The notes under the pieces were generated by a model. The model was given only the letters and a program-made list of their open reading frames with translations. It made no database searches and was not told where the DNA came from. 64,000 bases of DNA from Thermodesulfobacteriota bacterium (GTDB taxonomy: Bacteria > Desulfobacterota_D > UBA1144 > Nemesobacterales > Nemesobacteraceae), in assembly GCA_965202785.1 (NCBI GenBank), contig OZ241855.1:1024001-1088000 (forward strand), read 5' to 3'. This document shows positions 1 to 14,658 of the stretch, piece after piece (within the stretch, counting starts at the first letter, position 1; each line of letters starts with the position of its first letter). Both the position numbers and the translations under genes were made by a program.

Positions 1-2
1 CC

Positions 3-515
3 GACACCATGATTCTCAACAGGGGTGCGGATCTTGACGACCTAGAAGCGTTCACATATCTCTACAATCAGGCCGACTTGGGTTTGCTCAGGAAAATAGA
101 GTCCAAAAACCTGTATTCAGAAGAGATCAAGCATTACGGCCAGGCGCTCTCAAAACACTGGATAAATGACGGAATAATTTTCATGAACTTGGGAAGGATA
201 GAAAAGGAGCATCTTATTGCCCAGGTGGCTGACATGGGGATGAAGGTGGAGGGGGTCAGATGGTCTGTTGCCTTTGGGATTGTTTCCGGTTCCCATGTAG
301 TTATGTCCGTAAGAAACAGCGGGTCCGTCAAGAGTGCCGGGCGTCTGCTTTTCGAGCTTTTTGACGAAATAGGAAGCGCCGGAGGACACAGATCCTACGC
401 CAAGGCCGTGATTCCCATACAAGAAGTGAGGCAGCTCATAGGAAAGACCTCGCGCAAGAACATAGAGCAGTGGATCGATAGGGTATTTAGAACCGCAACT
501 GCTCAGAACGTCTGA
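3..515 (+). CDS. DHH/DHHA1-family phosphoesterase, 5'-truncated by the window edge
   Basis: Frame is open from position 3 (D-T-M...); C-terminal DHHA1-type SxR...GSAGGH motif. Confidence 0.75.
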   Translation, partial: DTMILNRGADLDDLEAFTYLYNQADLGLLRKIESKNLYSEEIKHYGQALSKHWINDGIIFMNLGRIEKEHLIAQVADMGMKVEGVRWSVAFGIVSGSHVVMSVRNSGSVKSAGRLLFELFDEIGSAGGHRSYAKAVIPIQEVRQLIGKTSRKNIEQWIDRVFRTATAQNV

Positions 516-650
516 GGACGGAAGCCAACATTTTTTCCGCTGAACTTGGTTTTTCCCTTCCGCTTTTAAAGCTATATTAATTCCAATGATAGCAAGTACC
601 ATGTTAATCAAAGTGGATTTGCGATGGGCAGCTTGGTTTCCCAAGAGAAG

Positions 651-1679
651 ATGAAACTCAAGACGGCAATTCTGGGAGTTACGGGTTATGTCGGCCAGCA
701 GCTTCTTTCCCTTCTGGCGCGCCACCCTAACATTGACCTGCGTGTGCTTACGTCTGAGAAGTTCTCGGGCAGGAGGGCGGATGAGGCGTTTCCGCATCTT
801 TTGGGCTACTCGGATCTTATCCTAAGCCCAGTATCGAAAATTCCTGACTCAGAACGTGTGGATCTTCTGTTTTCCTGTCTTCCCGGGGGAACTTCTTGTG
901 TTTTCGTGCGTAAGTTCCTTGAGAAAGGAGTAAGGGTGATCGATCTTAGCTCCGACTTAAGATTCCCTGACCCTGCTGACTACTCCCGGGCTCACGGCGT
1001 GGCGCCGCGCTTTCCCGAGCTTCTCTCACAGGCGGTCTACGGACTTAGCGAGCTTAACCGCGAGAAGATAAAAAACGCCCCGTTAGTCGCTAATGCGGGT
1101 TGCTACTCTACCTGCGTTTCTCTCGCCGTAGTGCCTTTTCTTCAAGAGCATGAAGTGGAACCCGATATTATAGTGGACGTAAAATCTTCTTTTTCGACTT
1201 CGGGACGAGCGCCGAAACCCGAGAGTCACTACACCGAGGTAAAAGAGGACGTATCCGCTCGTGGAGCTGGAGGGGATGACCAAAAACATGAGATTCTTCG
1301 CGTGCTCTACGATTTCTGCGGCGTGAAGAAAAAGCTCCTTTTCTTCAATACACGTATTCCGGTTAAGAGGGGGATAATGGCCACTTCGTATCTCAGGCTC
1401 CGCTCGGAGATCTCCCCCGATGAGGTAAGGGAATTTTACTCCGGATTCTACAGAGATGATGCTTTCGTCCGGGTCTGCGACGGGCCCCCTGGGATAGCGT
1501 CTGTTTCCGGTTCCAACTATATCTCTTTAGGTTTCTGTGAGAGAGAAGGGCACCTTGTCATCGTATCGGTTCTTGACAATCTAATGAAGGGGGCCGCGGG
1601 CCAGGCCGTTCAGAACATGAATATAGTCTTTGGATTTCCTGAGGACACTGGACTCGGACAAGTTCCCCTTTTCCCGTGA
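651..1679 (+). CDS. argC: N-acetyl-gamma-glutamyl-phosphate reductase (ArgC) homologue with divergent active site
   Basis: Rossmann GVTGYVG, DLSSDLR, catalytic NAGCYST, DNLMKGAAGQAVQNMN; the SGAGR and HRH motifs are substituted; alternative ATG at 624. Confidence 0.8.
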   Translation: MKLKTAILGVTGYVGQQLLSLLARHPNIDLRVLTSEKFSGRRADEAFPHLLGYSDLILSPVSKIPDSERVDLLFSCLPGGTSCVFVRKFLEKGVRVIDLSSDLRFPDPADYSRAHGVAPRFPELLSQAVYGLSELNREKIKNAPLVANAGCYSTCVSLAVVPFLQEHEVEPDIIVDVKSSFSTSGRAPKPESHYTEVKEDVSARGAGGDDQKHEILRVLYDFCGVKKKLLFFNTRIPVKRGIMATSYLRLRSEISPDEVREFYSGFYRDDAFVRVCDGPPGIASVSGSNYISLGFCEREGHLVIVSVLDNLMKGAAGQAVQNMNIVFGFPEDTGLGQVPLFP

Positions 1680-1686
1680 CGGGGCG

Positions 1687-3132
1687 ATGAGAAACTACTG
1701 CGAAATACTGTATTCAAATCTGGAGCGAAATCCCCGGGGAGCGGCCGTCTGGTATCAAGGAGAAATCTACAGTTACGCGCAGCTCTGCGACTTTGTTGAC
1801 GGTTTTTCCTCGTTTCTTTCCAAGCTGGGGGTGTCACGGGGGGACAAGGTATGCGTTTTCCTTCCCAATTCACTTTCTCTTGCCGTATCCGTTTTTTCGA
1901 TAGCAAGACTTGGAGCCGCCTGCGTTCCAATTGATAGCGCCTGCGGAACCGAAGAGATGAGACACTACCTTGAGTTCTCGAAGCCGCTCCTGATCGTTAC
2001 AGACGAATCTCTTGCGCATACCGTGAATACCGTTTCCGGAGGCATAACCACTGTTTGCGTGACCCGGGACAACTTTCTGGGTGACGCTCCCGCGGATCTG
2101 CCTGGAAATCATCCTTCGGAGAAAGCCATCTACCTTTTTTCCACGGGCTCAACCGGAAAGCCCAAGTGCGTTGCGAGAAGCCACACCAACATGATCGCCC
2201 TTGCCCAGAATCACACGGCCACAATAAACTGGGATAGCGGGGACAGAATTCTTTTTTCGATTCCAATATCGCATACCTATGGTCTCGGGAACTTCGTAAG
2301 CGCCGTAAGCGTCGGGGCCTGCTGTTATTTCCTCCCGAGGTTTACCAGAAAAGAGGTTCTCGGCGTGCTGGAAGAAGAACAGATAACCGTCTTTCCCGCC
2401 GTTCCATTCATGCTAGAGACTCTCGCTCGAAGCGTGAGCCGTGGTGATTATGATTTCCCGCAGCTAAAGCATGTTATTTCCGCCGGGGCTCCCTTGCCCG
2501 AGGAGACCTTTTTTTCCTTCCACAGGGCTTTCAGTGTCTACCCCCGCCAGCTCTACGGTTCATCTGAGACCGGGGTGATGGCAATTAATATCGCGGAAAA
2601 TATAGAGGAGAAGCGTCTTTCAGTCGGAGTACCGGTTGAAAACGTTGTTATAAAGGTGGTTTCGGAAACCGGGAACGAACTTCCAGTCGGGCAGATCGGC
2701 GAGATAATAATAAGGAGCCCTTCCATGACAGACGGCTACGTTGATTTTCCGGAAGAGACCAAGAGGGTTTTTGTCGACGGTTTTTACCACACCGGGGATC
2801 TCGGAATGTTCGACGGCGACGGGTATCTTTTCATTCGCGGAAGAAAGAAGCTTTTCATCAACATTTCTGGGAACAAGGTTGACCCGTTCGAAGTTGAAAA
2901 CCTGCTTATGACTCACGGGAAAATAACGGAAGCTGCCGTGATAGGAACCCCTGGAGCCCAGGGCAGAGAAGAGGTGAAGGCCTTTATCGTTGCGGATGGA
3001 CTCACAAGGCGGGAGGTTGTCGATTTCTGCAGGGGAAAAATTTCCGACTACAAGATCCCCGCGAAGATGGAATTTGTGGACGCACTTCCGAGAAGCCCGG
3101 CAGGCAAAGTGCTTAGGGAGAAGCTTAAGTGA
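1687..3132 (+). CDS. Class I adenylate-forming enzyme (acyl-CoA/acyl-ACP ligase)
   Basis: FSTGSTGKPK, YGSSETG, YHTGDLG, GNKVDPFEVE, LPRSPAGK motifs; ATG 7 nt after the argC stop. Confidence 0.9.
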   Translation: MRNYCEILYSNLERNPRGAAVWYQGEIYSYAQLCDFVDGFSSFLSKLGVSRGDKVCVFLPNSLSLAVSVFSIARLGAACVPIDSACGTEEMRHYLEFSKPLLIVTDESLAHTVNTVSGGITTVCVTRDNFLGDAPADLPGNHPSEKAIYLFSTGSTGKPKCVARSHTNMIALAQNHTATINWDSGDRILFSIPISHTYGLGNFVSAVSVGACCYFLPRFTRKEVLGVLEEEQITVFPAVPFMLETLARSVSRGDYDFPQLKHVISAGAPLPEETFFSFHRAFSVYPRQLYGSSETGVMAINIAENIEEKRLSVGVPVENVVIKVVSETGNELPVGQIGEIIIRSPSMTDGYVDFPEETKRVFVDGFYHTGDLGMFDGDGYLFIRGRKKLFINISGNKVDPFEVENLLMTHGKITEAAVIGTPGAQGREEVKAFIVADGLTRREVVDFCRGKISDYKIPAKMEFVDALPRSPAGKVLREKLK

Positions 3133-3389
3133 CCGAGCGAAAAGAAGTTCTTGGGGAAAAGATAAAGCGGCTTGTCATCGGCAAGTTCAATCTCGACATC
3201 AGTCCCCAGGATATATCGGCTGAGCAGTCGCTGATCGAACTTGGAGTTGGCGTCGATTCCGTTTCGACGCTCGAATTCATTATGGAGCTTGAAGAGGAAT
3301 TTGGGGTCTCAATTGACGAGTCCGAGATTCCCCCCGGAATTCTTGAGACCGTTGAGAGCCTCTCTGAGTTTATTCGCTCGCTTAAGTGA
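3129..3389 (+). CDS. Acyl carrier protein
   Basis: 86 aa, acidic; GVDSVSTLE phosphopantetheine Ser motif, LEEEFGVSI; GTGA overlap with the ligase stop. Confidence 0.88.
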   Translation: MTERKEVLGEKIKRLVIGKFNLDISPQDISAEQSLIELGVGVDSVSTLEFIMELEEEFGVSIDESEIPPGILETVESLSEFIRSLK

Positions 3390-3398
3390 TTTGTCCTT

Positions 3399-5138
3399 TT
3401 ATTTCTTGTAGAGGTTGGTTATCGGGAAGCGGCGGTCCTTTCCGAAAGCAAGCGACGTTATTTTTACCCCCGGGGCGCTCTGCCTTCTTTTATATTCGTT
3501 CATATTTACCATTCTGATTATTTTCCGCACTACGCTTCTTTTCTCCCCGAGCTTTACTATCTCTTCGACCCCGAGGCCGTCTTCCACGTAGGCTTTCAGT
3601 ATCCTGTCGAGCGTGTCGTATTCGGGAAGCGAGTCAGTATCTTTCTGGTCTGGGCGAAGTTCGGCTGAAGGGGGCTTTTCGATCACAGATTTCGGTATTA
3701 TTTGTTTTCCCCGCAGGCGGTTGTAATAATGAGAGAGTTCGTAAACCATGGCCTTGGGCACATCCTTTATCACCGCAAAGCCCCCTGACATGTCTCCGTA
3801 GAGGGTAGAATAGCCGACCGCGAGTTCACTTTTGTTCGATGTAGCAAGCACTAGCCACCCGAACTTGTTTGAAAGCGCCATGAGGATATTTCCTCTTATC
3901 CTCGCCTGAATGTTCTCTTCCGTTACGTCTGAATCCATTCCAGAGAAAAACTCGGCGAACATTTCCTCGTAGCATCTGAAAGTTTCTTCTATTGGAATGC
4001 TGAGAAGCTCGATTCCGAGATTGCGCGCGAGCTTTTTCGCGTCGGTGACGCTTCCCTTTGAACTGTACATTGAAGGCATGGAAACTCCGACGACTTTTGA
4101 GGGTCCGACGGCTTCTGTGGCAATGACGGCTGTAAGCGAAGAATCTATCCCGCCGCTTAACCCGAGCACCACCTTTTCAAAGCTGTTTTTTCTTATGTAA
4201 TCCCCGGTGCCGAGGACAAGTGCCGAGAAGGCGCATTTTAGAGGGTCTTCTGAAGGGTCGGCTTGTTTTCCCGGGATTTTCACTTTGCGCTTTGTTTTCG
4301 CAGGCTTAAGCGTGAATGTTTCCAGCTGGCTTTCCTCGAAGGAAAGCTCGTATCTCGTTTTTCTTATGGTCGGAGTGTTAAGCCTTGATTTGTAAACTCT
4401 CTCGGCGTTAACGTCGCAGACCAGCAGGTCTTCTTCGAAGTGTCGTGCGGTGGCGACGATCTTGCCTTTTTCGTCTATGAACATGCTGTTTCCGTCAAAC
4501 ACAAGCTCGTCCTGCCCGCCGACTATGTTGCAGTAGGCTATTATTGTGTTGTAGTCAACCGCCCTTGTGGCGAGCATCCTCTCCCTCGCCAGAGGTTTTC
4601 CCATGTAGTAGGGTGAAGCCGAGAGGTTGAATATGATCTGGGCGTTTCCTAACAGAACCTGGCTTCTTATGGGTTCTCCTGGGTACCATATGTCCTCGCA
4701 GATCGTGACCCCAAAAGTCATTTTCCCCATTGAGTAAACGGGAAACCGTCTTTCTGACTGGAAATAGCGGTTCTCGTCGAATACTCCATAGTTGGGAAGG
4801 CGAAGTTTGTGGTATACGTCTATTATCTCTTTTTTCTGGATTACGGCTGCTGAGTTGAATATGTCGTCCTTTTTATCGACAAAGCCCACTATGACGACCA
4901 TGTTATCCGGACAGTGCTTCTTTATTTCGTCAAGCGCCCGCATGTTGTCGTTGATGAATTCGGTTTTAAGAAGAAGATCCTCGGGAGGATAGCCGGTCAC
5001 GGCAAGCTCGGGGAAACACAAAATGTCTATATCGAGACCTCGCGCCGCCTCGATCACTTCGGTTATTTTCTTCGTGTTTCCGGTTATGTCCCCCACGCTC
5101 GGGTTGATCTGGGAGAGCCCGGCCCGTAACTGTTTCAT
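3399..5138 (-). CDS. nadE: Glutamine-dependent NAD+ synthetase
   Basis: Nitrilase domain (FPEL, ICEDIW) plus synthetase domain (SGGIDS, ENIQARIRG, NKSE, PSAEL). Confidence 0.96.
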   Translation of the reverse strand: MKQLRAGLSQINPSVGDITGNTKKITEVIEAARGLDIDILCFPELAVTGYPPEDLLLKTEFINDNMRALDEIKKHCPDNMVVIVGFVDKKDDIFNSAAVIQKKEIIDVYHKLRLPNYGVFDENRYFQSERRFPVYSMGKMTFGVTICEDIWYPGEPIRSQVLLGNAQIIFNLSASPYYMGKPLARERMLATRAVDYNTIIAYCNIVGGQDELVFDGNSMFIDEKGKIVATARHFEEDLLVCDVNAERVYKSRLNTPTIRKTRYELSFEESQLETFTLKPAKTKRKVKIPGKQADPSEDPLKCAFSALVLGTGDYIRKNSFEKVVLGLSGGIDSSLTAVIATEAVGPSKVVGVSMPSMYSSKGSVTDAKKLARNLGIELLSIPIEETFRCYEEMFAEFFSGMDSDVTEENIQARIRGNILMALSNKFGWLVLATSNKSELAVGYSTLYGDMSGGFAVIKDVPKAMVYELSHYYNRLRGKQIIPKSVIEKPPSAELRPDQKDTDSLPEYDTLDRILKAYVEDGLGVEEIVKLGEKRSVVRKIIRMVNMNEYKRRQSAPGVKITSLAFGKDRRFPITNLYKK

Positions 5139-5209
5139 CTGAAAATTATACTTGTAACCGCAGGATATTTCGAGAATTCTACGGCTTGCGGGCTTAAGGG
5201 AAACTCTGA

Positions 5210-5815
5210 TTAAGCAAGTCTAAAAGACAGGTAAATGATATTTGCGACGAAGTGAAAGAAAACACTTGACCAGATGTTTCCGGTTCTCATGTATAGATAT
5301 CCCATGACAAGCGAAGGGAAAAAGGTGAGGGCGTTCTGCGCGCAGTAACCCCCGCCGGAGAACACGCAGATCACGAGAAGATGCGCCAAGGCGAAAAGCA
5401 CGCTTGCCGCGATAATCGCGCCCCATCCGCCGCCGAGAGTTCTCTGAAGGTATCCCCTGAAGAAAAATTCCTCGGGAAACGCGATAACTAAAAGGTGTGT
5501 GAGCACAAAAAGCGCCGTCGGTTCAACGAACTTAACCGTTTTTCCCAAGTAGGCTGAAAGAAGGTATAGGAAGACTAGGTAAGAAAAAAGAACCGCAATG
5601 GAAATTACCGCTCCCCGAACCAGCCCCCGCGGATCGAACCTCAAAACGTCCACCGCACCGCGATCAAGCAGAAACGGGACCCAGAGCATGACCCCCGCCG
5701 AGAGCAAAAGGGCGTACTCACGGCCAATCGTAGCCTTTGAGATTATTATTGTTGCTATCACCACCCCGTAGGCGGCAAACGGTATCGCAAGATTTTTCGA
5801 AAGAAGTTGTTTCAC
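5210..5815 (-). CDS. CPBP/Abi-family intramembrane glutamic protease (myxosortase MrtC/MrtJ-like)
   Basis: EEFFFRGYLQ, FALAH, FFPSL..G, HFVAN motifs; multiple TM helices. Confidence 0.85.
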   Translation of the reverse strand: MKQLLSKNLAIPFAAYGVVIATIIISKATIGREYALLLSAGVMLWVPFLLDRGAVDVLRFDPRGLVRGAVISIAVLFSYLVFLYLLSAYLGKTVKFVEPTALFVLTHLLVIAFPEEFFFRGYLQRTLGGGWGAIIAASVLFALAHLLVICVFSGGGYCAQNALTFFPSLVMGYLYMRTGNIWSSVFFHFVANIIYLSFRLA

Positions 5816-5889
5816 GGAACCGGGTTTTTTCTTGAGCCGAGGTTCCGACTATAATACTTGAATATGGCGCAAAAGGAGTGTTTGTCTGC

Positions 5890-6675
5890 ATGGAAATCTC
5901 GAGAATAAGAAAACATCTTCAGGCGGAAAAGGTCGGCGACCAGCTTTTTGTCTTCAATGAGGTAGGTTCCACAAATGACGTCCTGCGTGAACTCATAGCG
6001 GAAGGCTCAGACGCGGATGGAACGGTGCTGGTTTCCGATTCGCAGACCGGGGGTAGGGGACGGCTTGGGCGAAAGTGGTTATCTCCCGGGGGAGTGAATC
6101 TTTATCTCTCCGCTTTGTTTCGCCCGGAGGTCTCCCCGCAGAAATCTTCCGTCTTTACCTTTCTTGCATCCTGCGCCCTTGTCGAGGTTTTCTCAGCTTA
6201 CGGAGTAGACGCCAAGATAAAGTGGCCGAACGATATTCTTGTCGGAGGGAAGAAAATTTCGGGGGTGCTCACGGAACTTGGGACCTCCGACGGCACTGTG
6301 GATTACCTCGTGATCGGCATCGGGGTTAATCTCAATTTGCCCGAGGAATTCATCCGCCGTGAAATGGAGGATATTTCGGAGAAAACTACCTCTCTTTCTA
6401 TACTCCTCGGAGAGGAAGTTAACAGAGAGAAGTTCTGCGCGGAGCTTATTAACGCCCTTGACCGGTTCTACGGGGAGTTTCGCCGCCGCGGGACACAGGT
6501 GATTGTAGATATGTGGGTCGAGAGGTGGGGGTTTATCGGAAAGGAGATATCCGTAGATGTCTTGGGGGAGATTATCAGCGGGGTTGTGGAGCGCGTCGAC
6601 GCAAACGGATTTCTTTATCTGAGAACAGATGTAGGCGACCTTCGCAAGGTGATTGCGGGAGATACCGTTTTTTAG
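5890..6675 (+). CDS. birA: Biotin--[acetyl-CoA-carboxylase] ligase without N-terminal HTH
   Basis: STND, QTGGRGRLGRKW, KWPND, KISGVL; alternative GTG start at 5878. Confidence 0.95.
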   Translation: MEISRIRKHLQAEKVGDQLFVFNEVGSTNDVLRELIAEGSDADGTVLVSDSQTGGRGRLGRKWLSPGGVNLYLSALFRPEVSPQKSSVFTFLASCALVEVFSAYGVDAKIKWPNDILVGGKKISGVLTELGTSDGTVDYLVIGIGVNLNLPEEFIRREMEDISEKTTSLSILLGEEVNREKFCAELINALDRFYGEFRRRGTQVIVDMWVERWGFIGKEISVDVLGEIISGVVERVDANGFLYLRTDVGDLRKVIAGDTVF

Positions 6676-7013
6676 AGAACCCCGATTATTTCGTGGCGAA
6701 GCCTGCGCATCAGGTCCATCCATTCATTTATCATCTCTTCGGTCTCGTCGCTCACGTCTTTTTTTATGACTATTCCGTAGACCCTGGGTTCTACGGCGCA
6801 TTTTCCGTATCTTTCCGCGACGATGGAGCCAAACCTGTAGAGTATCTCGAGGGCCTTTCTATCCTTTCCCTCGAACCTGCTCACAAGGACCATCTCGGAG
6901 GAAAAACCCTCGAATATCCTGTTCCACAAAGTTGCGCTTGACTCCATGTGAAAAGAGAGGATTATGCTTTCCGGGTCTTTTTCCCCTTTGATTTTTTCGG
7001 TATTAGCCTTCAT
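6672..7013 (-). CDS. Hypothetical protein (113 aa)
   Basis: ATG at 7013 next to AAGGAG; fills the birA-gltB gap; stop overlaps the birA stop. Confidence 0.6.
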   Translation of the reverse strand: MKANTEKIKGEKDPESIILSFHMESSATLWNRIFEGFSSEMVLVSRFEGKDRKALEILYRFGSIVAERYGKCAVEPRVYGIVIKKDVSDETEEMINEWMDLMRRLRHEIIGVL

Positions 7014-7160
7014 CTCCTTTTGTTTATTATAACCACGGGCAGAGCGTGTGCGGAGTTTCGGATTTATGTTATAATTACCGGAAGGCGTCTGAAGAGGTTG
7101 CTTACGCCGCATTAGTTCTCACGTTGTTTTTTCATAAAAACACAACAGGCGGACAGTTAT

Positions 7161-11759
<4,599 letters not shown>

Positions 11760-11791
11760 CACGGAAGCTTTAACGGAGGAGAAGTTTTTCA

Positions 11792-13276
11792 ATGGGTGAT
11801 CCCACAGGTTTTATGAATTACGAAAGGAAGCTCGAGCCTGACAGGGATCCTGCCCGGAGAATCAGCGACTGGGACGAGTTCCACGGCCATCTCCCGGAAA
11901 AAGAGCTTGCCACCCAGGGCGCAAGGTGCATGGACTGCGGGGTTCCCTTCTGCCAGACGGGCCAGGTAATCGGCGGTCTGACTGCGGGGTGTCCCATAAA
12001 CAACCTTATACCCGAGTGGAACGACCTGGTTTACTCGGGACTCTGGAGAGAGGCTCTTGAGAGACTTCACAAGACGAACAATTTTCCCGAGTTCACGGGC
12101 CGGATATGCCCGGCTCCCTGCGAGGGGTCGTGTGTTCTCGGCATTAACGAACCCGCGGTCACCATAAAGAGCATAGAGTGCGCAATAGTTGACAGGGGCT
12201 TTGAGGAAGGGTGGATAACGCCCGAACCCCCCGAAATTAGAACCGGGAAGAAAGTCGGCGTCATAGGCTCCGGGCCCGCAGGACTCTCCTGCGCCGCGCA
12301 GCTTAACAAGGCAGGACATCTGGTCACGGTGTTTGAAAGGGACGATCGTATCGGCGGACTGCTCATGTACGGAATTCCCAACCCCCATCTCGATAAGAAA
12401 ATAGTTGACCGCCGCGTCGATATACTTGCGAAGGAGGGAATCGAGTTTGTCACCAACACGGAAGTGGGAGTGGATATCGACGGAAACGAACTCGTGGAGA
12501 ACTTTGACGCGGTCGTAATATGCACGGGAGCTACGAAACCTAGAGACCTTCCGATTGAGGGAAGGGACCTTGATGGAATCCACTTTGCTATGGAATTCCT
12601 GAAGGCCAACACAAAAAGCCTCCTTGACAGCGGCCTCGACGACGGTCGCTATATCTCCGCCGCGGACAAGGACGTCATTGTTCTCGGGGGCGGCGACACC
12701 GGAACCGATTGCGTCGCGACTTCCATGAGACACGGATGCAGAAGCCTTCTTCAGTTTGAAATACTTCCCAAGCCCCCGCTCGAGAGGGCTGCGGATAACC
12801 CGTGGCCGCAATGGCCTAGGGTGTACAGGCTTGATTACGGTCAGCAGGAGGCCATGGCGGTTTTCGGGGAGGACCCGAGAAGGTACCAGGTTCTTACCAA
12901 AAGATTCGTGGGAGATGCAGAGGGCAGGGTGGCGGAACTTGAGACCGTGCGCATTGAGTGGTACATGGGAGATGAAGGAAGGATGACTTTTCGAGAAATT
13001 GAAGGTTCCGAGCAGAGATGGCCATGCGGGCTCGTGCTTTTGGCCCTCGGATTTCTGGGGCCCGAGCAAGGACTTCTGCAGCAGATGAATATCCGTACCG
13101 ACGAGCGCTCAAACGCCATGGCGGAATATGGAAAGTATATGACGAACGTCGAGGGAGTTTTCGCTGCTGGGGACTCGCGCAGGGGACAAAGCCTTGTGGT
13201 GTGGGCAATAAACGAAGGAAGAGAAGCCGCAAGAGAGTGCGACAGGTATCTTATGGGATCAACCGACCTTCCATAA
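11792..13276 (+). CDS. gltD: Glutamate synthase small subunit
   Basis: [45 protein letters not shown]. Confidence 0.97.
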   Translation: MGDPTGFMNYERKLEPDRDPARRISDWDEFHGHLPEKELATQGARCMDCGVPFCQTGQVIGGLTAGCPINNLIPEWNDLVYSGLWREALERLHKTNNFPEFTGRICPAPCEGSCVLGINEPAVTIKSIECAIVDRGFEEGWITPEPPEIRTGKKVGVIGSGPAGLSCAAQLNKAGHLVTVFERDDRIGGLLMYGIPNPHLDKKIVDRRVDILAKEGIEFVTNTEVGVDIDGNELVENFDAVVICTGATKPRDLPIEGRDLDGIHFAMEFLKANTKSLLDSGLDDGRYISAADKDVIVLGGGDTGTDCVATSMRHGCRSLLQFEILPKPPLERAADNPWPQWPRVYRLDYGQQEAMAVFGEDPRRYQVLTKRFVGDAEGRVAELETVRIEWYMGDEGRMTFREIEGSEQRWPCGLVLLALGFLGPEQGLLQQMNIRTDERSNAMAEYGKYMTNVEGVFAAGDSRRGQSLVVWAINEGREAARECDRYLMGSTDLP

Positions 13277-13310
13277 ATAGGCTAAACCTGCTGCGAGGAG
13301 GAATTTCCAG

Positions 13311-14510
13311 ATGGCCTTCGCTGATCCAGAAGAACAATTAAAGGTAATAAGAAGGGGAACCGAGGCGATAATTCCAGAAGAGGAGCTTCTTTTGAAACTT
13401 GAAGCCTCGAAAGAAAACGACCGCCCCCTTAAGGTAAAGGCAGGGTTTGACCCCACCTCTCCCGACCTGCATCTGGGTCACGGGATAATTCTCAAGAAAC
13501 TCCGCGATTTTCAGACTCTGGGCCACGAGGTTCTTTTCCTTATAGGGGATTTTACCGCCTATATAGGGGACCCCTCGGGCAGAAGCGAAACCCGCCCGTC
13601 GATTTCAAAAGAGGAGATAGTCAAGAACTCGAGGACCTACGAACGTCAGGTTTTCAAGGTTCTTGACAGGAAAAAGACTCAGATTCTTTCAAACTCCCGC
13701 TGGCTCAGCAAACTCGATCCGGAAGAGTTCCTCGGGCTTACCTCTCTGGTTAACGTTTCGCGTATACTGGACCGGGATGATTTCTCAAAGAGGTACAGGG
13801 AAGGGATATCCATTTCTCTCATGGAGTTCATATATCCCTTGGTGCAAGCTTACGACTCGGTGCAGATGCGCTGCGATGTTGAACTCGGCGGCACGGATCA
13901 GACCTTCAACATACTGCTCGGCCGCGATTTCCAGAGACATTACGGACAGTCTCCTCAGGTGGGAGTTTTTCTTCCGATACTTGAGGGAACAGACGGGGTA
14001 AAGAAGATGTCGAAGTCGCTTGGAAACTATATAGGTCTTGACGAATCTCCGCAGGATATATATGGGAAAATGATGTCGATTTCTGATGACCTTATGTGGA
14101 GATATTATCTTCTTTTAAGTACCTGCAATGAAAAAAAGATACGAAAGTTAAAAGCCGGACATCCTATGGATGCGAAAAAAGCACTTGCTAGGGAAATTGT
14201 TTCCTGGCTTCATGATTCCCAGGGCGCCCTTGAAGCCGAACGGGATTTCGAAACCAAGTTCTCAAAGAGATCTTTTCCAGAAGATGCGAAGGAAAAGGAT
14301 TACGTTGCTGATTCCCGAAAGATAGTTGATCTTGTTATGGGAGTATCCGATTCCGTCAACACTAAGGGGGAAGCTAAAAGGCTTATATCCCAGGGAGGGC
14401 TTGTCATAGACGGAGAGAAGTACACCGATCCGAATTTGGAATTTCCCGACAAAGCCGCCTTCGAGGTTAAAATCGGAAAAAAAGAGTTCCTGAAAGTCGT
14501 TATCAAGTAA
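13311..14510 (+). CDS. tyrS: Tyrosine--tRNA ligase
   Basis: GFDPT..DLHLGH, KMSKS, C-terminal S4 domain. Confidence 0.97.
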   Translation: MAFADPEEQLKVIRRGTEAIIPEEELLLKLEASKENDRPLKVKAGFDPTSPDLHLGHGIILKKLRDFQTLGHEVLFLIGDFTAYIGDPSGRSETRPSISKEEIVKNSRTYERQVFKVLDRKKTQILSNSRWLSKLDPEEFLGLTSLVNVSRILDRDDFSKRYREGISISLMEFIYPLVQAYDSVQMRCDVELGGTDQTFNILLGRDFQRHYGQSPQVGVFLPILEGTDGVKKMSKSLGNYIGLDESPQDIYGKMMSISDDLMWRYYLLLSTCNEKKIRKLKAGHPMDAKKALAREIVSWLHDSQGALEAERDFETKFSKRSFPEDAKEKDYVADSRKIVDLVMGVSDSVNTKGEAKRLISQGGLVIDGEKYTDPNLEFPDKAAFEVKIGKKEFLKVVIK

Positions 14511-14624
14511 TCTGTCTCGGTTTTCCCTTTTTGCAGATAGCTCTTACCATGCCGCCTTTCCCTATGCGGAAAGTTCTAAAACCGTCCTGTTGCCTTATCA
14601 ATGTGGTGGCCGATGAAATTTTTA

Positions 14625-14653
14625 TTGACATGTGTGCCGGCACGCGGTACATT
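14625..14653 (+). promoter_or_regulatory. Sigma70 promoter of higBA with overlapping inverted-repeat operator
   Basis: TTGACA (14625)-17 nt-TACATT (14648); imperfect inverted repeat TGTGCCG-N5-CGGTACA at 14633-14651. Confidence 0.7.
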
Positions 14654-14658
14654 GCTCT

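Noticed and set aside
11789-13069. 426-aa ORF antisense to gltD
   Set aside because: Shadow ORF of a conserved gene; no motif or RBS.
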